The notes under the pieces were generated by a model. The model was not told the DNA's origin and did no database searches. It saw nothing but the letters and a program-made list of their open reading frames with translations. This document shows, piece by piece, positions 8,965 through 16,755 of a stretch of DNA of 40,000 nt. Position numbers and translations under genes: made by a program. The stretch lies in the sequence record MK250021.1; one strand, 5' to 3'. How positions within the stretch are numbered: position 1 is the stretch's first letter; the number at the start of each line of letters is the position of its first letter. The DNA is from Prevotella phage Lak-B2.

Positions 8965-9303
8965 GCCCGTTCACTTGCATGTGATTCAAAATTACTTATG
9001 TTAGATGAATATTCGTCAGGTCTTGATTATTTCACTAAATTTGAATTACAAGATCTTCTATTAAGTATTTTTAATAATAGAGATGTAGATAGAACATTCT
9101 TGATAGTTACTCATAATATTTCAGAGGCTGTATATCTTTCAAATCGTATTTATATATTGGAACCAAATCCATGTAGAATCAAGGATGTAATTGATATTAA
9201 ATTCAGTCAACCAAGAACACAAGCTATTCGTGAAACAGATGAATTTAAAAATTATCAAGCTAAAGTTCTTAAAGCATTAAATGAAACAATTAATAATAAG
9301 TAA
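8965..9303 (+). pseudogene. 5'-truncated ABC ATPase (second NBD): C-terminal half only
   Basis: ...SIARSLACDSKLLMLDEYSSGLDYFTKFELQDLL...RTFLIVTHNISEAVYLSNRIYILEPNP. Walker B, D-loop and H-loop are present. Walker A and LSGGQ are absent upstream, where the endonuclease-like remnant ends. An ORF from the internal ATG at 8998 is open. Confidence 0.75.
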
Positions 9304-9314
9304 TTTTAAAAATT

Positions 9315-9650
9315 ATGACAAAACATATTATAACATTTGGTGATCTTAATTCTGGAGATCATATTTTTAGATATAGAATTGTTAAAGACAAAGCTAAATT
9401 AGAAACATTAGTAGTACAAGATATTAAAATTACAAATGATAAAGCTATAATAATTATAAAAGATTCATCCATAATTTATACTTTTGATAAAGAACGAACA
9501 TATATTATGGGCGGTAATAATGATGATTGGAGTAGTTCTGTCATTGTCTCCGATTATGAATTAGTGGAATTCATTAAAACTGTTATTAATATAACAAAAC
9601 AACCACTTATAAGACAACATGTTAATTTAATAAATTTTATATCAGATTGA
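9315..9650 (+). CDS. Hypothetical protein, 111 aa
   Basis: Intact ORF ending in TGA, immediately before a terminator. Confidence 0.65.
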   Translation: MTKHIITFGDLNSGDHIFRYRIVKDKAKLETLVVQDIKITNDKAIIIIKDSSIIYTFDKERTYIMGGNNDDWSSSVIVSDYELVEFIKTVINITKQPLIRQHVNLINFISD

Positions 9651-9655
9651 AATAT

Positions 9656-9695
9656 AAAAAGGTGAGATAATATACTAAACTATCTCACCTTTTTT
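9656..9695 (+). terminator. Strong terminator hairpin
   Basis: AAAAAGGTGAGATA ... TATCTCACCTTTTTT. Confidence 0.85.
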
Positions 9696-9708
9696 CTTTA
9701 TATATAAT

Positions 9709-10161
9709 ATGAAAATATTAAATGATATAGTTAATAAAAAAGTATTAATAATATATAAATGTAATGGTCCTGCTGGATGGCATAGAGATTATTGTGGTTA
9801 TAAAATTGGGAAAATAGTAGAATATAATATTGAAAATAATACTATTAATATTGAAGATAAAAAGAAAAATATAAAAACATATAAAATTATAGATAAAAAA
9901 GATCCATTTAATTTAAATTTAATACAAAATAATGATAATAGATTCGCATATTATCATATTTCAAAATATAGGCAAATACGTGAATGGGAAAATGTTTTTA
10001 TATATAATGATGCATTAACTATTTTAAAAAATAGTATTAAACAATCACATTCACAATATGTATATAAACTATTTTGTTTATCTTCATTTTCATATGGTAA
10101 AAAAACAAAGAAAAGGTTTTTAAGAGATTTATTAAAGGAATTAGAAGAAAATTATCAATAA
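9709..10161 (+). CDS. Paralogous family protein D (150 aa)
   Basis: MKILNDIVNKKVLIIYKCNGPAGWHRDYCGYKIGKIVEYN...DPFNLNLIQNNDNR; fourth member of the 4673/5154/5578 family. Confidence 0.75.
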   Translation: MKILNDIVNKKVLIIYKCNGPAGWHRDYCGYKIGKIVEYNIENNTINIEDKKKNIKTYKIIDKKDPFNLNLIQNNDNRFAYYHISKYRQIREWENVFIYNDALTILKNSIKQSHSQYVYKLFCLSSFSYGKKTKKRFLRDLLKELEENYQ

Positions 10162-10181
10162 TATTTTTTGTTTAAAATAAA

Positions 10182-10200
10182 ATGTGTATCTTTGTATTGT
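10182..10200 (+). promoter_or_regulatory. Bacteroidota-like promoter (-7 TAnnTTTG)
   Basis: ATGTGTATCTTTGTATTGT, identical to 2556-2574; upstream of the CDS at 10236. Confidence 0.65.
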
Positions 10201-10235
10201 TAATAAAATAATGAACAATTAAAAATATAAACAAT

Positions 10236-10562
10236 ATGAAAGCAAATTTTGTAACGGTTATCAAGAAGAGAGCAATCAAGAATGTACCAGCATTTCAAGA
10301 TTTCTCAATGAAACAGATTAAGGTTATTAGTAATTCACCTAATTATCCAAATTCTGTAACTTTATCTATGGACATTTATTGTGATAATGTTGATGGTTAT
10401 ATTTTTAATAATGCATCTACAAATGAACAATATGCATTGACATCTGTTCAACTTAGTGACGCATTACGTAAGATGATTAGTAATAAAAAGTGTTATAAGC
10501 CTAACAGTAAGGAAGATTTACTTAGACTTACATTTGATACTATTGAATCTTTTAAATTTTAA
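10236..10562 (+). CDS. Hypothetical protein, 108 aa
   Basis: Intact ORF with promoter-like element upstream; ends TAA. Confidence 0.7.
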   Translation: MKANFVTVIKKRAIKNVPAFQDFSMKQIKVISNSPNYPNSVTLSMDIYCDNVDGYIFNNASTNEQYALTSVQLSDALRKMISNKKCYKPNSKEDLLRLTFDTIESFKF

Positions 10563-10811
10563 TTAATTTAAATGTAGACAATAATACATTATTAATATAT
10601 AATATATATAAATTATTTGATTAAACAAATTAATGAAAAATTAAAAATAATTTATTAAAATGTAGACAATATCAAATAAATAACATATAAATAATATAAT
10701 AATTAAAAACAAACGCTTATTTGATTTTCGTAGCGTTATGGATAAGTTGATAGAATTCAGAAATTCCTTTTAAGACGAATACACATGGAATGGTCCATTG
10801 GTGGAATTGGT

Positions 10812-11120
10812 AAAGTGTTTGCCTGCATTAATTTGTAGAATCCATCAAATTCAGTATCAGTTAGGATTAAATTTTAAATATTAGTAGTTGCTATTGACGA
10901 AAATATTGACAATAATTAATTTATTGTTACCTGAGGAATAAGTGTTTATTTAATAAACAACGAAGAAGCTGACTAAGAAAACCTAAGGTCTTCATAAGAA
11001 GATAGCTTGGTAATACTGAGCCAAGATAATTTTTAATTATAAGGTGCAGAGACTATACGGTGGGAACTAATAGCAAGTTAAGATATAGTCCAAACTTTAT
11101 AGAAATATAAAGAGTTTTTG
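10812..11120 (+). ncRNA. Putative group I intron 1 in the D-loop of tRNA-Leu (309 nt)
   Basis: 5' exon ends in U (..TTGGT^) and intron ends in G (..TTTTTG^AGACAC). Core 'GGTGCAGAGACTATACGGTGGGAACTA...GTTAAGATATAGTCC' is the classic group I P7/P3 signature. Removing it restores GGTAGACAC. P1 was not convincingly paired. Confidence 0.8.
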
Positions 11121-11135
11121 AGACACGAGGGACTT

Positions 11136-11483
11136 AAAAAATTTGAGTGCTCTATTGAGAAATCATAGAAGTAGAATCTCCCTAACGAAACGGAAGCCTA
11201 ATTATTGGTGACAATAATGGTGGTGACGAACTCACTAAGTTGTTATAGAACGTTAATCTATATTAAATGTAAATTGAAGTGTTACAGCATAAATAGCGAA
11301 GAGACTATAGAGGAGATACCTAAGTTAAAGTACACGAAGAATAATCAATTAGATTATCACTATATATGAAGAGTATATAGTTTTATAATAAGGAATGCGC
11401 ATTACTTTAATATGGTAGTAAAATAGTCCAGACTACAACATCTTAATAATTAAGATGGCTTGTATTAAAGCAAGAGTAGTAAG
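11136..11483 (+). ncRNA. Putative group I intron 2 in the anticodon loop of tRNA-Leu(UAA), U34^A35 site (348 nt)
   Basis: GGGACTT^AAAAAATTTGAG... and ...TAAG^AAAATCCC. P1 pairs exon ACUU with intron GAGU, with U-G at the splice site. P7-like pair AGAGACTAT...AATAGTCC. Site and flanks match the cyanobacterial/plastid tRNA-Leu(UAA) intron. Confidence 0.82.
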
Positions 11484-11539
11484 AAAATCCCTTGGGCAGA
11501 AATGCCCGTGCCGGTTCGAATCCGGCATGGACTACATAT

Positions 11540-11581
11540 AAAAGTCTGATAATCAATAGCTTAGATTATCAGACTTTTATT
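11540..11581 (+). terminator. Strong terminator after the tRNA-Leu locus
   Basis: AAAAGTCTGATAATC (11540-11554) / GATTATCAGACTTTT (11564-11578). Confidence 0.88.
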
Positions 11582-11619
11582 TTTATATAGTATATAAAGT
11601 ATAATTAATATTTTTAATA

Positions 11620-12756
11620 ATGATTACAATTACAGAACAATATATAAAAGAGTACCAAAAGAAATTAGATGATATTTCTAAATCATTTGATTTAGAGAAA
11701 CAACATATTATAGTTGAAGAATTATCAATTAAAGTTTCTGCACCAGATTTTTGGGATGATTTTGAAAGTGCGACATCAATCACAAAAGAACTTAATACAG
11801 CAAAAGAAAAGATAGATGATGTTGAACATATGAAAATGCTTATTGATGAGTTATCAACTGCATTAATGTATTATAAGGAATTTGAAGGTAAAGATGAAGA
11901 AGAATATATAAATCTAGCGAATTCTGAATTAATTAGTGAATTCAGTAAATTTGAGGATAAGTATAGATTTGTTGATCCTACAGATTCATTAGGAGCTGTA
12001 TTAGACATTAATGCAGGTGCAGGAGGAACAGAAGCAAATGATTGGGCAAATATGTTATTCCGTATGTATGAGATGTGGGCAAAATCAAATAATTATAAGT
12101 TTAAAGTTTTATATTATTCAGAAGGGGATAAAGTAGGTATTAAAAATGTATCTATTGAAATTACTGGTAATAATGCGTATGGAACATTAAAAGGTGAAAC
12201 CGGTGTTCATAGAATGGTAAGGGTTTCACCATATAATGCACAAGGTAAACGTATGACTAGTTTTGCTGCAGTTTCTGTTGTGCCTTTAGTAGATAATTCT
12301 ATCAAGGTTGAAATTGACGATTCTAAATTAACAATAGATACATTTAGATCTTCTGGTGCTGGTGGTCAAAATGTAAATAAGGTAGAATCTGGTGTACGTG
12401 TAAATTATATGTATACAGATCCAGATACAGGTGAAACAGAAAAAATTCAAGTTGCAAATACAGAAACAAGAGATCAACCAAAGAATAAAGAAAGAGCAAT
12501 GCAAATTCTTAAATCTATTCTTTATAAGAAAGCATTGGATAAACAATTAGCTAAGAAAAAAGAAATAGAAGATGCAAAACTTAAAAATGAATGGGGTGCA
12601 CAAATTAGATCTTATGTATTTGATGATAAGCGAGTAAAAGATCATCGTACAGGTTATCAAACAACTGATGTTGATTCTGTTATGAATGGAAATATAAATG
12701 GTTTTATAGAATCATATAATAATTGGATTATTGAGCAAGAAAATAATAGACTTTAA
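11620..12756 (+). CDS. prfB: Peptide chain release factor 2
   Basis: 378 aa. GAGGTEANDWANMLFRMYEMWA, GVHRMVRVSPYNAQGKRMTSFAAV (SPF-type recognition segment) and catalytic SSGAGGQNVNKVESGVR (GGQ). No in-frame TAG or internal TGA; continuous frame without a frameshift site. Confidence 0.96.
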   Translation: MITITEQYIKEYQKKLDDISKSFDLEKQHIIVEELSIKVSAPDFWDDFESATSITKELNTAKEKIDDVEHMKMLIDELSTALMYYKEFEGKDEEEYINLANSELISEFSKFEDKYRFVDPTDSLGAVLDINAGAGGTEANDWANMLFRMYEMWAKSNNYKFKVLYYSEGDKVGIKNVSIEITGNNAYGTLKGETGVHRMVRVSPYNAQGKRMTSFAAVSVVPLVDNSIKVEIDDSKLTIDTFRSSGAGGQNVNKVESGVRVNYMYTDPDTGETEKIQVANTETRDQPKNKERAMQILKSILYKKALDKQLAKKKEIEDAKLKNEWGAQIRSYVFDDKRVKDHRTGYQTTDVDSVMNGNINGFIESYNNWIIEQENNRL

Positions 12757-12810
12757 TTAAATATTTTCTTATAAATAATTAATGAAATATTTTCCTATAT
12801 AAAATAAATT

Positions 12811-12828
12811 ATGTATCTTTGTATTGTT
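12811..12828 (+). promoter_or_regulatory. Bacteroidota-like promoter (-7 TAnnTTTG)
   Basis: ATGTATCTTTGTATTGTT upstream of the CDS at 12869. Confidence 0.65.
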
Positions 12829-12868
12829 GATAATTAAATTAGTATAAACAATTAAAAATATAAAGGTT

Positions 12869-13090
12869 ATGAAAGTACGTATAGGAAGAGACGAAAAGTT
12901 CATTGAACTTGGTAAGTATGACGATATAACAATTATAGATGATGCTGGTACAGAGTATCGCATTGAAGCAAATGATCCTTGTTATCAAGGTAATGGTATA
13001 AAAGTTTATGATATTGATGGGTGCATTCTTGTAAAACCATCTACATCAAATCTTGTACAAATTTTCTCGACATCAAAGATTGAGTTGTAA
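12869..13090 (+). CDS. Hypothetical protein, 73 aa
   Basis: Intact ORF downstream of promoter-like element. Confidence 0.65.
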   Translation: MKVRIGRDEKFIELGKYDDITIIDDAGTEYRIEANDPCYQGNGIKVYDIDGCILVKPSTSNLVQIFSTSKIEL

Positions 13091-13145
13091 TATCTATAAT
13101 TGTTTTATATGTTAATATGAAAATTTTAACTATAAAATATATTAT

Positions 13146-13673
13146 ATGGGTTGTCACACATGGGTTTATAAGCTAATCAGTTCGATGTCTAAAGATGAAA
13201 TAAACAGAGAAATTGATTGTGTTATTAACGAACGTAAACAGCGTTTTTACATGTCTTCTAATGAGGATGAATATGCAAATAGAATGGTAAAACTTACTAA
13301 AGATAGTTCTGTTGCACCAATGTCTTATGCAGATGCTATTAAACGTTATAAAGAAGCAAGAGAAGAAACACAACTTATTATAGATAAGTTAACACTTGCT
13401 AAGCAAACAGGTGATTTATCTGTAATAACATATAAAAATGGATTTGATACATCAGAAGATGATACATATCTTTTCTTATGTACAAATACCCCATTTAGAT
13501 GTTATGAATATACAGATAAACAATTTACAAATAAAGATGAATTGATTTCATATATACATTCAGTTGATCCAAAAAAAATTGAAGTTTATAATAATGATAA
13601 ATCATTAGATGAACAGATATATGATTTCTTTAAACTTCATGGTGACAATAATTTATTATTTGAATTCGGTTAA
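13146..13673 (+). CDS. Hypothetical protein, 175 aa ('MGCHTW...' N-terminus)
   Basis: Intact ORF ending TAA, 2 nt before the next gene's start codon. Confidence 0.75.
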   Translation: MGCHTWVYKLISSMSKDEINREIDCVINERKQRFYMSSNEDEYANRMVKLTKDSSVAPMSYADAIKRYKEAREETQLIIDKLTLAKQTGDLSVITYKNGFDTSEDDTYLFLCTNTPFRCYEYTDKQFTNKDELISYIHSVDPKKIEVYNNDKSLDEQIYDFFKLHGDNNLLFEFG

Positions 13674-13675
13674 AA

Positions 13676-14140
13676 ATGAGAACAAATAAGTTAAATGAAT
13701 GTGTACTATCAATGATGTATACAAACATGGATTTAGAAATTGATTCTTATTCATTGTTATGTTGTTTAGATGAAATTGGATTTACATATCCGCCCTATCC
13801 TAATTCAACTGAATATTTGAATATTGGTGAATCACGGAACCTTAGAGAATTTAATGAAACTAATAAACATGTATTCTATCACATGATTTATGATTTTATT
13901 AAATGGACATATGGAATATCTGTAAGTTTCTGGGAATCTAAATCAATATCATATAATGAAAGAGGAACAATTGAAAAAGTTGATATTGAAGGTATGGATG
14001 AAACATCAGATATATATGGTATTATTACAAATATGGTATTTGATGATTTAAATACTGCATATAAAACTGTTGCACATATGATTGTTTCCGATTTAAATTG
14101 GAGACATAAACAAAAGAAAAAATTTTCTAATGTTAAATAA
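13676..14140 (+). CDS. Hypothetical protein, 154 aa
   Basis: Intact ORF tightly coupled to the upstream gene. Confidence 0.7.
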   Translation: MRTNKLNECVLSMMYTNMDLEIDSYSLLCCLDEIGFTYPPYPNSTEYLNIGESRNLREFNETNKHVFYHMIYDFIKWTYGISVSFWESKSISYNERGTIEKVDIEGMDETSDIYGIITNMVFDDLNTAYKTVAHMIVSDLNWRHKQKKKFSNVK

Positions 14141-14201
14141 GACTTTTTTAATAAACAAATATATACATAATAATTAATAATATTTTAAATTCTATTTAAA
14201 C

Positions 14202-14762
14202 ATGGGATTGTTTGATTTTCTTAATAAGAATAAGTCAGAGGATGTAAGTACATTGTTTACTGACGAAAATAAAGGAAGTTGTGCTTCTGCAGCTGATGCA
14301 TATAAGAAGTCTCGTTATGGAATTCTTAAGACTGATAAAATGATGCTTGAGGAATTTTTCACGGATGTTAAGCTTCTTGTAGAGCAGAAAAATATGGAGC
14401 GAAGCTATTGTGGAATGGTTCAAATCGGGGATGATATTATTAAGTACCTTCCTAAGATTAAGGATCGTCTTGGACGTCAGCTCGGTTATAAAGTAATTGT
14501 GTTGGATGATAATACAGTTATTACTAATAATGTATCAAATACAAAAGATATAATTAAGAGTGGACATACGTATCTCCTTCTTATTTGGGATAAGTTGTCT
14601 GTAGAGGAAGTTGCAGAATATAATGCTACACATCCAGTAAATGATGATTCAGATGATACATCAACTGTTGATTCATTGAAGCAAGATGAAGATACAAAGA
14701 AAGTTGAAACATCTGATACTTCAAAGAAAAACACAAAGTAGAAGAAACTTAATAAAAAATAA
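14202..14762 (+). CDS. Hypothetical protein; TAG at 14739-14741 probably read as Gln, adding QKKLNKK before TAA
   Basis: Track ORF 14202-14741 stops at TAG. In code 15 it continues QKKLNKK to TAA at 14760-14762. Other CDSs in the plus-strand early block end in TAA/TGA. Confidence 0.65.
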
Positions 14763-14819
14763 TTATCAATTTGTAGACAATTTGTTTATTAAGTAATATA
14801 AATATTAAGATAGAGAAAA

Positions 14820-15040
14820 AGGTGATAGTAATTATACATTTGATGCTTTTATAATTAACCATTTAATTTGTGTATAATTACTTTTCTTGTAAATATTTGG
14901 TTCGGTTAATTAACGAATATTTACAAACAAAGAAGAGAGAAGTAAAATGTTTTAGAAGAGAAACATTTTACAAATGGAAAAGGAAAGATAGATATGAGGT
15001 GAAAAGTCGTTGTGATAACGGTTTTTCACCATTTTTATTT
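14820..15040 (+). ncRNA. Candidate structured non-coding RNA (four successive stem-loops, last one terminator-like)
   Basis: GTAATTATAC (14828-14837)/GTATAATTAC (14872-14881); TTGTAAATATT (14887-14897)/AATATTTACAA (14916-14926); TAAAATGTTT (14943-14952)/AAACATTTTA (14961-14970); GGTGAAAA... (from 14998) / ...TTTTTCACC (to 15030) then ATTTTTATTTTT. No good ORF in between. Confidence 0.45.
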
Positions 15041-15069
15041 TTATAATATTTTCATAATTTAAAAATTAT

Positions 15070-15084
15070 ATGTATCTTTGTATT
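15070..15084 (+). promoter_or_regulatory. Bacteroidota-like promoter (-7 TAnnTTTG)
   Basis: ATGTATCTTTGTATT upstream of the CDS at 15110 and downstream of a terminator. Confidence 0.65.
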
Positions 15085-15109
15085 ATAATAATTTAAATAT
15101 AGAACTATT

Positions 15110-16702
15110 ATGAAATATTTGGTTAATTGGATTGAAAAAGAAATGCATCCAGATCAGCATATAAGTTCTAAGTCAACATCTTCAGAATATTTTTACTTCT
15201 ATGGTAAAAAGGTTCGACTATCTGATCACTTAAATGGTGAACATAAAGATAATGATTTGGAAATTATATGTGTGCATGATTTATTCGGTAAGAATAAACA
15301 ATACATTGTAAAAGAGGGTTCATCTCCTTCTATCATGTCTGTTCCTGATGTAAAGACTTTAAAAATAGTATTATCTACATTTTTATTTCAATATAAAAAT
15401 AGTTATGATAATATACGAATAAAAAATGCTATTACAGAAAGTACGCAAAAAAGTAATTTTGATGTATGCATTGATAAACTCAAAAATTGTGGAATTCTAA
15501 ATTCTTCTGATATTGGTTCTATTAACGTATATATGAATACTATTTGTAAACAATGGGGAAGTATGAAAGAAGATCTTCGATTAACAATATTACATCTGTT
15601 TAATTCTGGTAAAACTATCGAGGAAATAAAAAATATCATTAATGTTGAATTTCCGGTTAATAATGCAAATAATTGGCAAAATGAAGATATTCAAGATAAT
15701 ATAAACAAGATATATCAATATATTCCATATGATTATAAAATAGATGAGCATATCATTTGTCAAAAATCATTATTAAAGAAAAAAGTAGAAGATAGTTATA
15801 AGAATCTTCTTGTTGAATATGAAAATTATAGACAGCAAACAATAGAGAAATTGTGTCAGCAAGATAAAGACAGATATGTTAATATCTTTGGTTCATTACT
15901 TGTAAAAAATACAGATGGACGTTATTCTAAGTTATCTATAGCACAGAGAAAGAAATTTAGAGAACTTGCATACAACAAAGTCCCTTATGATATATGTCTT
16001 AACGTATTTAATCATACATTTAAGATAAAGAAAAATAAAAGATTCTTACCAGAACCTACAGAGCTTGGTAATGTGGTAAATAAATTTTTAAAACTATACA
16101 ACATTGGTATTGTAAAATATCCAGACGAAGAAGATTTTGATAATATATATTCTTCTAACTTTGAAACTAATATTACTACTGTAGAAAGTAATAATGTAGA
16201 CGAAGTAGAAAGTAATAATGTAGATGAAGTAGAAACTAATGATAATAATGTTAATGTAGAAGAGATAATCAATCATGATAATGATATAATTCATTTTATT
16301 CATGATACTGATAAAGTTATAAAGGAATCTTATGAATATGCAAATGCAGAATTTTTGAATATTATTGATATTCATGAAATGTTTGATAATAATCAGATTA
16401 ATATTCTTGATGAAGTAATTAAGAAGATTAATGATACAGATAAGTATACATCATTTGAAACTCGTCGTATCACTGATGTATTTGCAAAGCATTATTCTGA
16501 TATATGGGATAAGTTAACATGGGGTCAAAAAGGACTTTGTTCAACTATTATTACGGAAGAACGAATGAATCTTAATGAAACAGATTTTATTATCAATAAG
16601 ATATTTGATAAAACATCATTTAATTGGCCTGTAACAGAGCAATGTCGCAAGGATATTAAAATGTATTGTCAACGTATAAAAGAGAGCCGTATGGCTGCTT
16701 AA
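15110..16702 (+). CDS. Hypothetical 530-aa protein with acidic internal repeat
   Basis: Long intact ORF without TAG; internal tandem VESNNVDEVESNNVDEVETNDNN; ends TAA. Confidence 0.85.
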   Translation: MKYLVNWIEKEMHPDQHISSKSTSSEYFYFYGKKVRLSDHLNGEHKDNDLEIICVHDLFGKNKQYIVKEGSSPSIMSVPDVKTLKIVLSTFLFQYKNSYDNIRIKNAITESTQKSNFDVCIDKLKNCGILNSSDIGSINVYMNTICKQWGSMKEDLRLTILHLFNSGKTIEEIKNIINVEFPVNNANNWQNEDIQDNINKIYQYIPYDYKIDEHIICQKSLLKKKVEDSYKNLLVEYENYRQQTIEKLCQQDKDRYVNIFGSLLVKNTDGRYSKLSIAQRKKFRELAYNKVPYDICLNVFNHTFKIKKNKRFLPEPTELGNVVNKFLKLYNIGIVKYPDEEDFDNIYSSNFETNITTVESNNVDEVESNNVDEVETNDNNVNVEEIINHDNDIIHFIHDTDKVIKESYEYANAEFLNIIDIHEMFDNNQINILDEVIKKINDTDKYTSFETRRITDVFAKHYSDIWDKLTWGQKGLCSTIITEERMNLNETDFIINKIFDKTSFNWPVTEQCRKDIKMYCQRIKESRMAA

Positions 16703-16708
16703 AATAAC

Positions 16709-16755
16709 AAATAGGATAGATTACTAATTAATAGTATATCTATCCTATTTTATTT
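16709..16755. terminator. Bidirectional terminator at the convergent junction between the TAG-free and TAG-rich blocks
   Basis: AAATAGGATAGA (16709-16720) / TCTATCCTATTT (16739-16750), flanked by A-rich sequence on one side and T-rich on the other. Confidence 0.8.

Larger units (their letters stand above)
10792..11534 (+). tRNA. tRNA-Leu(UAA), interrupted by two putative group I introns; exons 10792-10811, 11121-11135, 11484-11534
   Basis: Spliced product GGTCCATTGGTGGAATTGGT|AGACACGAGGGACTT|AAAATCCCTTGGGCAGAAATGCCCGTGCCGGTTCGAATCCGGCATGGACTA. Acceptor GGTCCAT/ATGGACT (one G-U), D stem GTG/CAC, anticodon stem AGGGA/TCCCT with loop CTTAAAA (anticodon TAA), long class II variable arm GGGC/GCCC, T arm GCCGG-TTCGAAT-CCGGC, discriminator A. 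No encoded CCA. Confidence 0.92.

Noticed and set aside
8998-9303. Annotating 8998-9303 as an intact ABC ATPase
   Set aside because: It lacks Walker A, the Q-loop and LSGGQ. The homologous frame extends slightly upstream of the ATG and then is lost, so it is a truncated copy.
10801-10850. Candidate tRNA anticodon stem in 'GTTTGCCTGCATTAA' directly following the 5' exon
   Set aside because: It pairs only weakly with a distant GCAAG and leaves an impossible variable region. The split-exon model gives perfect D and anticodon stems.
11620-12756. RF1 (prfA) instead of RF2, or RF2 with programmed +1 frameshift
   Set aside because: The recognition segment is SPY/SPF-like (MVRVSPYNAQGKRMTSF), not the RF1 PxT type. 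The reading frame has no internal TGA near the 5' end.
16012-16375. ORFs 16012-16272 (-) and 16094-16375 (+) within the 530-aa gene
   Set aside because: Nested in a long intact ORF over a low-complexity repeat (VESNNVDE); no independent support.
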